From: Phoronis australis
Taxonomy: Eukaryota > Animalia > Phoronida
Reading direction: 5' to 3'
Assembly (NCBI GenBank): GCA_002633005.1
Contig: NMRA01000069.1
Location: forward strand, 1,059,786-1,123,785
Length of the DNA: 64,000 nucleotides
Position numbers and translations under genes: made by a program. The notes under the pieces were generated by a model, which was given only the letters and a program-made list of their open reading frames with translations, was not told where the DNA came from and searched no databases. Shown in pieces: positions 52,428-64,000 of the stretch; within the stretch, counting starts at the first letter, position 1, and the number at the start of each line of letters is the position of its first letter.

Positions 52428-55400
52428 CTAACATTTCTTGCACCCATAGTGGTCCTTGGTCAACTGGTTACCCTTGCACTTGGAGTTGTATGGCCAATCA
52501 CAAACGCAAACGGCCGGGTTAAAGGTCGTACCAGCGGGGCAACAGTGGTAACCGAAGTTGCCGTTGCTCATGTCCTCTTGTTTGAAGCACGTGCAGTCTC
52601 TTGACGATATGGTGTACTTGTTTCCGTGACTCTTGCAGGACAAGCCGTCGGGAGTGACGCTACCTGTGGATTAAACACGGTTTTAAAGGGGCAAGAAACC
52701 CAACGTACGTCGAAGAATGCAATGGAAATTTTATGAGATCACTCACTGCAATAAAATGATCTCAACGTTTTCCTTAGTCACATGAGAAATGGGTTTTGGC
52801 TATGAAAAGAACTGACATAACCGGTGATTAGAATGACATGGCGCGATAAGTCAACTTGTTGAGCCTAGACTCAAGCACTACAACACTGTGAATTCTGCCC
52901 AAGTCCAGAAACCACACCTATTTTGACTAAGAATCAATATGATACCAATTTCAGAACGATAAGCGGGCAACATGAACTTCTTTGACGAATGCTGGCTTAT
53001 AGCTGCTTTAAACAGTAAGATACATGTAATTGCCCCATTTTAACATAAAGTCAGCGACTAGCTTGTAACATATGGTTATTGTCGTCTGTGCTTTTTGGAC
53101 CAATGTCATGATAACCTCATTGAACACAAGTGTGAGCAAGCACTTTTGAAGATTCGTCTAATAAACATTTGGAAGGCCTAGTTAGTGTCGTGTTGCAATG
53201 TTCACTTTGCTTAAGGGAGTTGTGTTTATTAAAATATTAGGATAACCCAGAGGAAATAAGTTAATAAATATTACCACACAGAATCAAATGACATATATCA
53301 GAATTGATCGCACGTCGAAGGGACGCATGGCAACATAAGTACAGTGACTAGTTAAAATTTCATTACTACCTGAGCTGTTTCCGTAAACGCAAGGGACTAA
53401 CCCTAACGCAAGATCACGTAAGGTTTAGGCAATAGATAACGCACACGATTACACTAAAACTAAGCACTTTGGGCGCATTCCGACTTACCATCAGTTGGAT
53501 TGACGCCACCTGGACATATGTTTGTTTTCGACCCCTTGCACTCAAAATTCCACGGATAATCGCACACGCACACGGCTGGGTTAAATTTCAGGCCAGCAGG
53601 GCATCTGTGGTAGCCGTTGTTTCCATTGGTTAAATCCTTTTGGTGGAAGCACGTGCAGTCGTTGTTGGAGATCGTGTACCTGTTGTTTCTGCGTTCACAC
53701 CAGCCATCTCCAACTGGAAAGGATTGTGCGCTAGTTTCTTAACATGTATTATTGAAAGACGAAGAATCGTGTATTTATCATTTAGCCTGAATTAAAAAGG
53801 CGTGGAACGCGAAAGTCGTAAAAGTACCATTGATCGTGGCGATTTTACCTCTTGGGGATGCTAACGTGAGAGTTGCGCACTTTGAATATGCAAAATTCTT
53901 TTGAAAAATTGCCAGATTCACTATTTTTGATACGAAGACGAAATAAAATCTCTTTCACCCCAATACAGTTTTCAAATTCTGCCCCTCTAATAATATATAT
54001 GCGCGCATGCGCTCAAAGAATTCGGACTGGCTGCTGCCAGAAATCGTCATTTTTTTACATCAAAAGTCAAAGTTCCCATTTTCCATAAAATAAGGGAAAT
54101 TTGCTCCGTCTATGTATTGTCATACCAAATGAGGAGAGTTGCTTTGTCGTATGAGTAAGGAAGTGACGAGCAGCTGACAGATCGATGTTTTCAAATTTGA
54201 AACTAAAGGAAAAGTACTTTGACACCAACAGAAATTCAAAATGCCTGGTGACCAATGGCAGCAAACGATTTCGAATAATGCAATTTAGTCTGTTCTTCAC
54301 GTTCCATGCCACTTTAAGACGGTATATGGCTTCACCGTTATCGTTGGGAAAAGTAAACACCACAAAATACTACTTTTTATTTGTTCGCCGCGTGGTTGCA
54401 CATGTCTAATATTCAGTGATTTAGCAAAGATTATGAAAACGCCGGCATTACTAAGCTGAATGAACACAGAGTGAACATCAGCACTGGACAATGGACTGCA
54501 TTAGACTTCATTTCATCAACCAAACCGGTTTGATGCAGTCTGTACACTGTAGAAGCCTTTCAAAAACATCATTTTTGTGGTTATGTAATGCCGGGTTAAC
54601 CGACCGAGAAGAAACTCAAAAGATGTGGGACGGAAACCGCGGCGGCAAAAGTGTGGACAAAATTGTGACGATTTGGCCAATTATGGCTATCGGGGGCCAA
54701 CTCAAAAATTACTTGCACGCCCGGACTTCTAGGTCCCCCAAAAACTCGATATGGCACTGTAGTTATACAATACCAGGCAAACGTGCTTAAACTTCAAATT
54801 CCCCGAAATTGGTGGATCTAAAGATACCTCCATTGCCGTTTTTGCCGTTCTCATGACCGTCAGGTGGACATCTCGTTGTCGCCGCCCCGTGGCACTTTGA
54901 CTGATCTTTGTAATCGCAGACACACTCTTTGGGGTTAAAGGTCGTAGTATCGGGACAGCGATGGTAGCCTTCGTTACCATTGCTCATGTCACGCTGATGG
55001 AAACACTTGCAATCGGGACTCGAAACTGTATAAAGATTCCCTCTTTGTTTGCAGTAACCAACTTTTTGTGCATCTGAAAATTGATACAAGAGGCATCGAG
55101 ATACAAAAAGTCTGTTTGACGAAAGTTTTCCGAGTAATGTGTATTGGTAGTCAGGATTTGGTTAAAGAATATCATTATTAGACGCCAACGCTGAAATTTG
55201 GTAAATGTTTGACTGTGTATTCGTAGAAAACGCCGAAGAGCGAGACTAGTTTGACTTACATGTACATCAACTTGCCAGAGACGATATCGTTTTGCTGTTG
55301 AGTTTTTTTGACGCCTACGAAAGTCCGGTTCACACATTTGAGTGTGACTCGTGAAGGCGGTCGGTAAGCATGAATACGAATAAATGTCAACTTAAAAGAG

Positions 55401-56634
55401 ACATGAACTACATGTTTCAGCACTTAATTTAGTATGAATTTATTTTGAAAAAAGTATAGTTCGGTTTCCGTTAATCCCATCTTCTTAAAAATGCCAACAT
55501 TTTTCTTTTTTAGTTCTAAAATAATTTATCTTAGTTACGTAAAGCCCCACTGCAAGCGCTGTTTTTCGTGACGTCGATGATGCATTTTGAAGAAAAATCT
55601 CTGAAACGACAATTGCTGGAGTAATTTCCAAAGTGAAGTCGTGTAATTATGGTCAAATTTGAGCTTTTTCATCATGATTTATTGTCACCTGTTACGTCAC
55701 TTCAAGGTACTCTTTCCTTCATTTTCTCTCGTTTACAACTTACGAAGAGTTTCACCAATCGAAAAACGTCACAAAATACCAACATTTCGTAAATGACAGT
55801 ACTGCTTTTATTTGCATTTTACAGGCAAATTTAAAGGAAGTTCAATGATTTTCAGCAGTGCATGCTACTTTGCTAATGCAGCACCAGAAATTCAAAGGAT
55901 CATGTTTAACATACATGTACCTCGTTTAATTCTGATTATTTTGAAAATAACTCGCTTACGTGTCAAAAGAGCATTGTTTGGGAACGAATTTAAAATAGAT
56001 GGAACAATTCCTTTCATGACGTTTTTAATTCAGTAAGAAGTGGAACGAATATCTTTTAAAAAATCTGCAGTCTTATTCCATGAAGTATGAACTTATTTTG
56101 GCCAATGTCCCATCGCCTAGAAGCCATTGTTAATGTAACATGTAGTAATTGTCATACTTTACCCAACAGGTAATTGAACAATATTGGCGAAATACAAGGC
56201 GCTGGGAAACGAGTAGAGTTTCTTATTGTTAAATCCGTGCACTAACTGCGTTCATCACATGAGGTCAAAAATATACAATCATTAGCTTTGTTCAATGGAA
56301 TGATTTTCCGTATATTTTTGGAAATGTGAAATAATATTGTAGTACATGTATGTGTCCATTACCCTTTTACGAAAATCGATGCGTGCCCAACCCAGAGCAG
56401 AGATTTGTGGGATACAAGACCTCCTCGTTCAGTGTAAGAAGTGTTAGACAAGGATGGTCTGCGTGATAAGCTGGCAGCAGTTATTGTTTTTGAATAGACG
56501 CTACCTGTTCGTGGTACATTTATACGATTGTGCAAAGTATTGTACACTATTGATCATAAAATGCGTCTCATAAATTAAAGGAACTTACCTGTAGTAAACG
56601 CCACCAACACGATAACAAGTAAGCCGCCAATCAT
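52428..56634 (-). CDS. Secreted protein with three atypical CBM14/peritrophin-A-like modules, paralogue A; coding exons 56634-56589, 55073-54828, 53713-53489, 52663-52428 (250 aa)
   Basis: Signal peptide MIGGLLVIVLVAFTTDA is followed by modules QKVGYCKQRGNLYTVSSPDCKCFHQRD..., GDGWCERRNNRYTISNNDCTCFHQKD... and GLSCKSHGNKYTISSRDCTCFKQED...; same exon structure as paralogue B; non-coding first exon at about 57133-57073. Confidence 0.88.
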
Positions 56635-57124
56635 TTTTTCCGATTATCAACCTGAAAAGTATAGAATGTGAACGTACATAGGTCTACTCACTCTCTTCAC
56701 CGTTGCATTGCATTTCATAGATCGGAGATTGAAAAGAGTTTGATTTTTATAAATGACTGTCATCGTAATATTGGAAAACCAGGATCAGAAATGACAAAAA
56801 TAGTCCCAACAGAAAACCAAGTTGGGAATTCCAGAAAATTCAAAATTTATTCTACAAATAGATACGGGAAATTATAGACAGGCTATAAGCATGATTTTTC
56901 CTTTTGATTATCTTAACTTTAAAGAACCCTGGAAAATCGATACAATTTAGGTGATAGTTGATCGTCAAGACAAACGTGGAGAAAACTTCTCATATGCTTA
57001 ACCAACGTTTCAGTTTAAAAATTCCGATTCAAAAACAAAGTATCTCAAACATAAAGTTTAAAGTATTAATACCTGAAATACCACTTTAGCTGGCTGCTTC
57101 TTTGTTCCTCGTCAAGAGACCGCG

Positions 57125-57235
57125 GACAGAACTGATAGCTCGACCAAACTTGGCGCTTTTTATATGTTCGGGCGCCTTAGTTTTTGCAATTAACAGCAGC
57201 TGTTAACACCATCCAACCGATTGAAGTTCACCGAC
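57125..57235 (-). promoter_or_regulatory. Core promoter of CBM14-like paralogue A (TATA, Inr and a conserved upstream 12-mer)
   Basis: Minus strand TATAAAAA from 57164; TCAGTT with the A at 57133; ATTGAAGTTCAC at 57220-57231. Confidence 0.75.
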
Positions 57236-60129
57236 ATTACATAATTAGAGAATTTTAGTGTGCACATTTCGAATGCACCAGGCTCTAAAAACGAATAAAG
57301 TAAAAAGTAATTTGAATGTCCCACTGCCTACCGTTCACTTTGACGAGAACAGTGTACCATATACTCCTAATTTTCTTTGAGTTTTAACTTTATACCACGA
57401 ACCCATATTTCTGCTTCTCTTTCTTCAGCCCCCGTGCGTTATCAGCCAAGAATGCGACGGGTGAGAACGCCAATTCCCGCTGGCAACGAGGACCTTCCCA
57501 CTGTTTAGACCACTTGCTGAGAAGGCCGGGGGAGAACTGGGAGAATATCGCCATCTCGTTACACTTCGACTAAGGTCTGTAGCCTAGCAACTGGAAAATC
57601 AGCATGAGGCCTTAAAAACCTCAGGCGAATTTTGCTCCGCAGTAGCAAGCGACGAGATCTTGCTTCCTATCTCGAAAACACTTATTGGCCACATTTCTCA
57701 CTGGCAAGTGTGGTTGCTAAACTGAATCGGGCTCACTTTCCCCCATTGACCGTTATTTCATTATGACGCATCTTCATCTTCAAGGCCTAAATGGTGGGCT
57801 TGAAGGGATTTATCCTATAGTAGGCAAAGTCGAGCTAGTGGTCGATTTAATTAAGCGAATGAGCTTTTGGCACGACGCAAATTTCCATGGCCGGAATTAC
57901 GAGGCCTTCCCTAGACGCAAGAATCTCGTGAAAACGCAAGATCGCCTGTGGCTTCACGAGATATCGCGATGTATTACAAACGATCGCACTAGCTTCCTTT
58001 GTGATATTCTTGCGTCTAAGGAGCTCAGCTTAAGGTGGTTTATGTACAAAATAGTAGGTGCACTTGGGGTGGGATTCAGGGAACAAATAGCACTCTAGTT
58101 TGACAATAATTTGTATTCCCATAACTTCGCTGTAAAACTGCTCGTTTCATCTGTATAAATATTCACCAGGCTATATATATGAAGTGTTTCAGTTCAAGCG
58201 AAGGTTTTGCGGAGTTCAGTTTTCATTGTTGCTATAACAGTGATATTAGAGTAGAGTTTATTATGTCTCGCGGTGAGAAATTTCTAGCCAAAATCACATA
58301 CTCTAATTGCACGGCGATATCTCGAGAGATTTTGCTGTACTAGTGACGCGCTAGAGTTATTAAACTGGGCCCTGAAATACATTTTCTTTTCATCGGTCCA
58401 TTTTATACCAAAATCATAAGAAAGTATCCTCCGGAAGGTATCGCCATAAAATGTCTGAACTATATTTGATTCATCATTTGCAATAAAAATGCAAGTTTTA
58501 TCGTCCGAAAATGTCTGGTTAAGTCTATAAGATTTTGTTACCGTGTTTTCAATCGCTAATTCATGATTATGTAGCCACTGTGTACCAGACATTGTGGCGC
58601 CGTTAAACACGTGATCGAAAAGGTGTGACGTCCATAAGAAACTCTACTGTGCAGTCGTTACGTCATTGAACGCATGGTCGAAAAGTGTGACGTCCATACG
58701 AAACTGTACCGTGCAGTCGTAACTCACACTGCAAGTTCCCGCATACACGTATGAACCCATGGGTTTGTGTGGGGAATAGAATATCGAGTTACCCCTTGCA
58801 ATAACAGGGGGAAACGCCCATGTCTCTGGTTATTGGGAAAGGCTTTCAACATATCGAGGTATACGCGTGTTGTGAGGTTTGTGCCTATATTTGCGCCATT
58901 GTCGCAAAACTTGGACACTGAACTCGTGTACCCTTTCAATGCGTATGAGATTTTTGTCTCATTCAGGCATGACCAACACAAAAAGCATAAAAATTTTCAT
59001 ACAGTCGTTGGCTAACATCATATCTTTTTCTTGACTAACATTAAATATGGCTGTGGTTGACGCTGATTACGTGTTTTAAAACGTCGACTGAATGTAGGAT
59101 TGAATTGTGTTCGATAGGTTGGGGAACTGATCGAGTGAAGAATTTCGAAATGTCCACAACACCCTAAAGAGGTGACAGGTGGTCTGATGCCTTTAATGTT
59201 ACACCGGGCGTGACTTGGCCTCACCCCCCTATTGAAGGGTTTGGTTTGCAACAGACCCGTTTCTGTAAGCAAACCTGGGAACAAGGTTCTAATCTTTGTA
59301 TTCGAAATCAAACTTAAATCTATTTTTGACAGTTTGCGTTCTACATTTGTGCAAATTCAAGATAAATGTTTAATATGTTATATTTGACTGATTAGTGTTT
59401 AAGGACAGGTTCGCACTTGATGATTCCTAGATGCAAATTATATTCTCTAGTAAAAACTCGAAATTTGAATCGGCCTCAGTGCAAGCCTGGAATCAGGCAG
59501 ACATTCACGTCAGCCATAGTGTACCCGAGTACAAACGTGGATCGTAAAATGTCAAAAGTAATCTCGAACTGGATTTCAAGTTCGATGATTAGATTCCGGG
59601 CCAAGATCTTTCCTCATTGTTGAAAGAACGGCAAGTATTTCTATTGGAAAATTATTTGCTACACATGTGACGAAAAAGCAGGCCTAGACATGATTGTATG
59701 GGAAGTTGCATTTAAGTCTGAGTGGCCCGTCCCGTGTGTGTTATCTCAACAGTTGTTAATTTTAGATCCAAAGTGCTGCGACTCGGCAGAGATGTTTTTA
59801 TTTATAATGATTATTACGGAAAACACAATTCGGTAGAGATGTTTATTTCAAGTGCTCTCGTGCAGCAGTGCAGTGGCTCTTTCAGGTTATTTTGCTTTCA
59901 TGAACGCCGCGCTCACAAATCAACTGTGTCATGTCATTTGCTCACTTCAGCTTTCAGCAAGGAGTGTGTAGAACGATAGGAGGTTCCACTGCGCCATCTT
60001 TCCATTCGCCGCAATGGTTATCTGTCGAAGAATTAGCGCCTCAAGCGGCAAATAAGCAAAACTAACTTAGCGACAGGAGGCCGAGCCATGTAAACACTGA
60101 TAAATGTATACTTAACCTTTATGAAAAAA

Positions 60130-60430
60130 ATGAGAATCGCACTGGATTCCAGTGAGATTCCAGTTAGATTCTCACTAAATCAGCCAGTATAGTTAGAAAT
60201 GCTAGTGACAACCTAGATAGAAAACAGTGAAAAAATACTCTGCAACAGTGAGAATTTTGCTGGGTCTTAGAAAATTTCGAAGTGAAAATTCAGTGAGAAT
60301 ATTGGTACTTAGGAAAATTATGGTTGAGAATCCAGTCAGACTTTCAAACTTAGAAAATTTTTCAGTGAGAACTAGGTGAGAATTTGGGCTTGCAAAAATT
60401 GGAGTGAGAATTCAGTGAGAATTTAAGATA
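60130..60430. repeat. Degenerate array of CAGTGAGAATT / CTTAGAAAATT motifs, probably transposon subterminal repeats
   Basis: About ten GTGAGA(A/T) motifs and several CTTAG(A/G)AAAT motifs within 300 bp. Confidence 0.55.
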
Positions 60431-61647
60431 GACAAACACGCTGATTGGCTGTTCCTGTGGAAATGTCAGTTGGATCAGATTGCTGAATTCAAAATAAAAT
60501 GGCGCCAGGAATGAAGAGTTGATATGAAGTAGAGAAATAGCTTTAAGAATGTTGATGTTTTTCTAACAAATTTTTTGAAATTACTGAACAGTTTGTCTGC
60601 AAGTCAACTAGAGGGGATCCTGGACTGAAGCTGTGTGTTAATAGCTAAGGTTAGTACATTTCATGCATCAAGTAGAGTGCATGAAGCACCAGTATTAAAC
60701 TGATGTCTTCCTTCTGGCAGCTGAGCTCTTAGTATTTTGTTGATTCAGAGATTTTCAGTAAGACGAAATTTCACCGAGTGCCGGGGAATGCTATGCAAAT
60801 TAGTTACATTCTCATACACCGGTAGCCCAGAGCACTTAGAATAGATGAACGAGGTACCATAGGAGCATTTAGAGTCCACCTCACTATATACAGAAATGGA
60901 CGTCTGCCGTTGTCTGCACTCTGGGTGAAACCCCTGGGGACCTTACAAGAGGGCCAAAAATGAACTAGTTTAGATATTCTAGCTACCGACCAAAAGTGAT
61001 TTTCATTTATCGGCGCCGGGTCACCCTTTCCAGATTGCAATTTGTCTGTCATGGGTCATTCGGTGTTCACTGCGGTACTGTTGTTCGTTTTAAACCAGTT
61101 TTATTGGGTACCGCGAATATCTAATCTACCTCAAATTTTCAAATCCAATTTCAAGTGTCAAATTCGGAACACGGCGCGTTCGTAACGGAACTATGGCTAT
61201 AGAATCTCCCGCGATATCCTAGGCGACCGGCAGCGGCGCTGTGCACTACGACTCCGTTTCCGTCGTCTGCTCCACTGTGCAATGAAGAAAATTTACTTCA
61301 TTTTTTAAAGAAAATGGAACCTGAGTGGCGATGAAAAAACAGAAGCTGCTGGTAAGATGTGAATTTTAATCGAAGCCTTAGTGAATCACTCAGGAACTCG
61401 CAATACTCTCTTTGTCAAACCTTATCTTAAGACGGTTTCCAAAGCAATCCCGTCATTATTGCCAACACGAAAAATGGATTTGGTCTTTTGGGCATTTGAA
61501 GACTATTTCAAATACGACAAATTTGTTAAGAATTGATGGCACAAAATATAAAACATGTAATAAGCATTACAAAAAGAAGTAGGTTACGCGCGCAAACGCT
61601 GTGGCCCATAAACAAGTAAGTCTTTTAGTATGCGAATTGTAGTGGAA

Positions 61648-61725
61648 GCTTGGTGGTGTAGTGGTAACGTACGCGCGCTCAACCCGCTAGGTCGTGAGTT
61701 CGAGTCTTCGACGCCAGCATTTCTT
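61648..61725 (+). mobile_element. tRNA-like SINE head / pseudo-tRNA
   Basis: GCTTGGTGGTGTAGTGGTAAC (A-box) ... GGTCGTGAGTTCGAGTCTT (B-box) ... CCAGC; the anticodon arm does not pair canonically. Confidence 0.55.
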
Positions 61726-63719
61726 CCTGTTTGACACGTTCTCCGTGTTTTTTTTTTTTGCCTTTTTTTTCTTGGATAATACTTCAGGAATCAAGGAAAA
61801 TGCTTGATTTTTAGAGGTAAAAACAGAAAAATTTCCTGGGCGGGAGGGGGGAAACCCCCCTCCCGCCCATTCGGTGCTATGCTTATCTACAATCGTGGTT
61901 CAGTTTGCGCAAATGCTTCCAGCCGGACAAAATGTTGGGCCCCTCCCCCTTGTGATATCCTAGATCCGCCACTGATTTTCATTCACTTATAATCAAAAAA
62001 GGAATGAGAATGTGTGTTTTAGTGGATATTAAAGTGTAATGGTCAGCACGATTTTTGCTTACATTCTCAGTCATACATGTACTTCCATGGACAGCATTAT
62101 TTTAGTGATTACTCTTGGGGGTTCAGGGGGCACTTGCCACCCTCCCCCCTCCGGTGCCAGCGGGAGAGTGTACATGGGAGGAGTGCAAAACAAGTAAAAA
62201 CCAGATGGGCGCAAAATGGGTTGTTGACTCTCACCCAGCGGTTACATGGGAGGAGTGTTAAACAGCTAAAAACGAGTAGGTGCTCCTCATGGGTGTTGAG
62301 CCCCTCCCATCGTCGCACATTTTGGTTGGTAAATGCCCCTGACTATCGGCAACATGTGTTAGCTGATGTGATGATAAGATTTAGCCCTCGTTTTGTGCAT
62401 GCTCCAGTACTTTTTGTAATGACCGGTGGTCATGCCCCCTGTTTTGATGTCAGTACTATCCTGTGTATTTTCCAATATTCCATTACAAGTGTCGGTCCAG
62501 GGATAATTTGAGAGCATTACCCCTTATCGTTGGCAAATAGAAGTTCATTAGGACACAATGGTGTCATTGCTTAACTTGGGCCAACTGGCACATTCAAATT
62601 ATGCCGATTTTTTCCCTAGACTCACATATTCTCTAAATGTCGGGTGATTTACATGTTTTCATGTCAGTTGACACACAACTAAATGAAAGAAAATCTATCA
62701 TATTACTGACCAACAAATAACCCCTGCGTTTTTGGATCCTTACGAAACGTAAAAAATGACAGCTCTTGTGTTTCGTGAATGAATTCGAGTTATTTAGTGG
62801 GCTACAAAAGGCGTCTGCTAAATTCCGCCAAATGAAAAATAGGTCACAACTGATGGTATTCCCGAGTAAGGTCGAGTCGATAGCACTGGTTATACTTTTC
62901 TGACCTTCGCGCGAAATATTTTGATTAAAAAATCAGGTTCATAGCTCAGGCACATTCTCGTCTTGTCCTAGGAAAGCAGTTAGGTCCGGTAGGTCTAGGG
63001 CTGTGTCTAAGTCAAATTAATGCATGGAATTGGCCGTAATTCAATGCACCATTAAGTTAGGCCAACCTTCTGATGAACTTCACATTTTTTGTAGTTTCAT
63101 TGCATAATGGTAGCTTTCACTTAATTTTAAACGTAGCATTATCACTAAGTTGTGGCATGGTTACAAAAGATGACAAGCCTGGTGTAGTGGCAAAAATAGC
63201 CATTCACAAAAATAACTAAAATTGTTTTTAAAGCTTCATAAATCCAAGTGTCATGTTTGAACAACTACAAAAGGAGCTCTCCCTAACTCTACAGGCGTAG
63301 TGTATGTGCTAGAGATTTTCAACAAAAAGTAATTCAAATGTTTATTTTTTCGTGACAACAACTCGAACGAGGATTTGAGTTCAGTAATCTAGTGCCCTTC
63401 CCTGTGCCGATCGAATCTGTCAATTTATTTTGGCTAGAAGTTCAGTTGAACGCCTGCCTACGTATATATGAATAACAAAAAAACGTACCTCTGCTACGAA
63501 ACAAAACGATGTCCATTTCAGGTCGAAATAAATGACAAATAATAAAAATATCCTTAAAAACAACAATTTCCGGGGACAAGACTAGTGCTGGGATGTCCAG
63601 CCGATGCCGAGACAAAGGCGCCCAGACGAGTGAAACTCCGGAGTCAAAATCAAATAGCCACCAAACTAAAATGTACGTATCTTGGAAATAATACATTGTG
63701 TTTAACCTTCGAGTAATCC

Positions 63720-63895
63720 AGCAACATTGCCAAGTTATTGTTTAGCTGCTCGTGTGGCCGTCCACACAGGCCATCGTTTACACAGTCGACATTACTTTTC
63801 GACTTAGGGAATGTCCAAAAAGTGACGGGATATTCTTCTCTAACTGTATAACGGCTGTCAGAATTCCACACGCCTTATCAACACCGTTTCACCAT
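63720..63895 (-). pseudogene. Degenerate THAP zinc-finger domain of a DNA transposon
   Basis: Minus strand from ATG 63895 reads MVKRC**GVWNSDSRYTVREEYPVTFWTFPKSKSNVDC..LCGRPHEQLN, the MVKRC-x-x-G-x-CNSD-x-RY...FP-K...CGRPH-x-QLN THAP subtype, with two in-frame stops. Confidence 0.7.
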
Positions 63896-64000
63896 TCTTA
63901 TCGCCATGCTGTAGTGGTAAAATTAGAGGTAAGTAGGCGCCAAAAGCCCCGGCACCGTATCATCTCGAGTACTGTCAGTGGCGGATCTACGGGGGGGGGG

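Noticed and set aside
57763-59979. Cluster of 80-110-aa ORFs upstream of paralogue A
   Set aside because: No recognisable motifs or consistent splice structure; probably repeat-derived or random

Overview
This is eukaryotic, intron-rich, AT-rich genomic DNA from an invertebrate animal (probably a lophotrochozoan or similar bilaterian; the taxon is inferred). Most entries in the ORF track are spurious, and the real genes had to be assembled from GT-AG exons. The left half holds a compact four-gene housekeeping block arranged as two head-to-head pairs: a PTP-PEST/PTPN12-like tyrosine phosphatase (minus, runs off the left edge) with CDPF1 (plus), and tafazzin (minus) with RYBP/YAF2 (plus). The right half holds two tandem paralogues (minus) encoding secreted proteins of about 250 aa, each with three atypical 8-10-Cys chitin-binding-type-2 (CBM14/peritrophin-A)-like modules, one per exon. 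The two paralogues share a TATA/Inr promoter and an exactly spaced 12-bp upstream motif. Mobile DNA is abundant: three P/hAT-type MITEs with 8-bp TSDs, all in first introns next to the bidirectional promoters; a Helentron-type (HINE) element carrying an array of CTCF-like motifs about 150 bp apart; a LINE RNase H relic; two THAP relics; tRNA-derived SINE heads; a long (TA)n tract; and a probable assembly duplication at an N. No rRNA, canonical tRNA or CRISPR array is supported.
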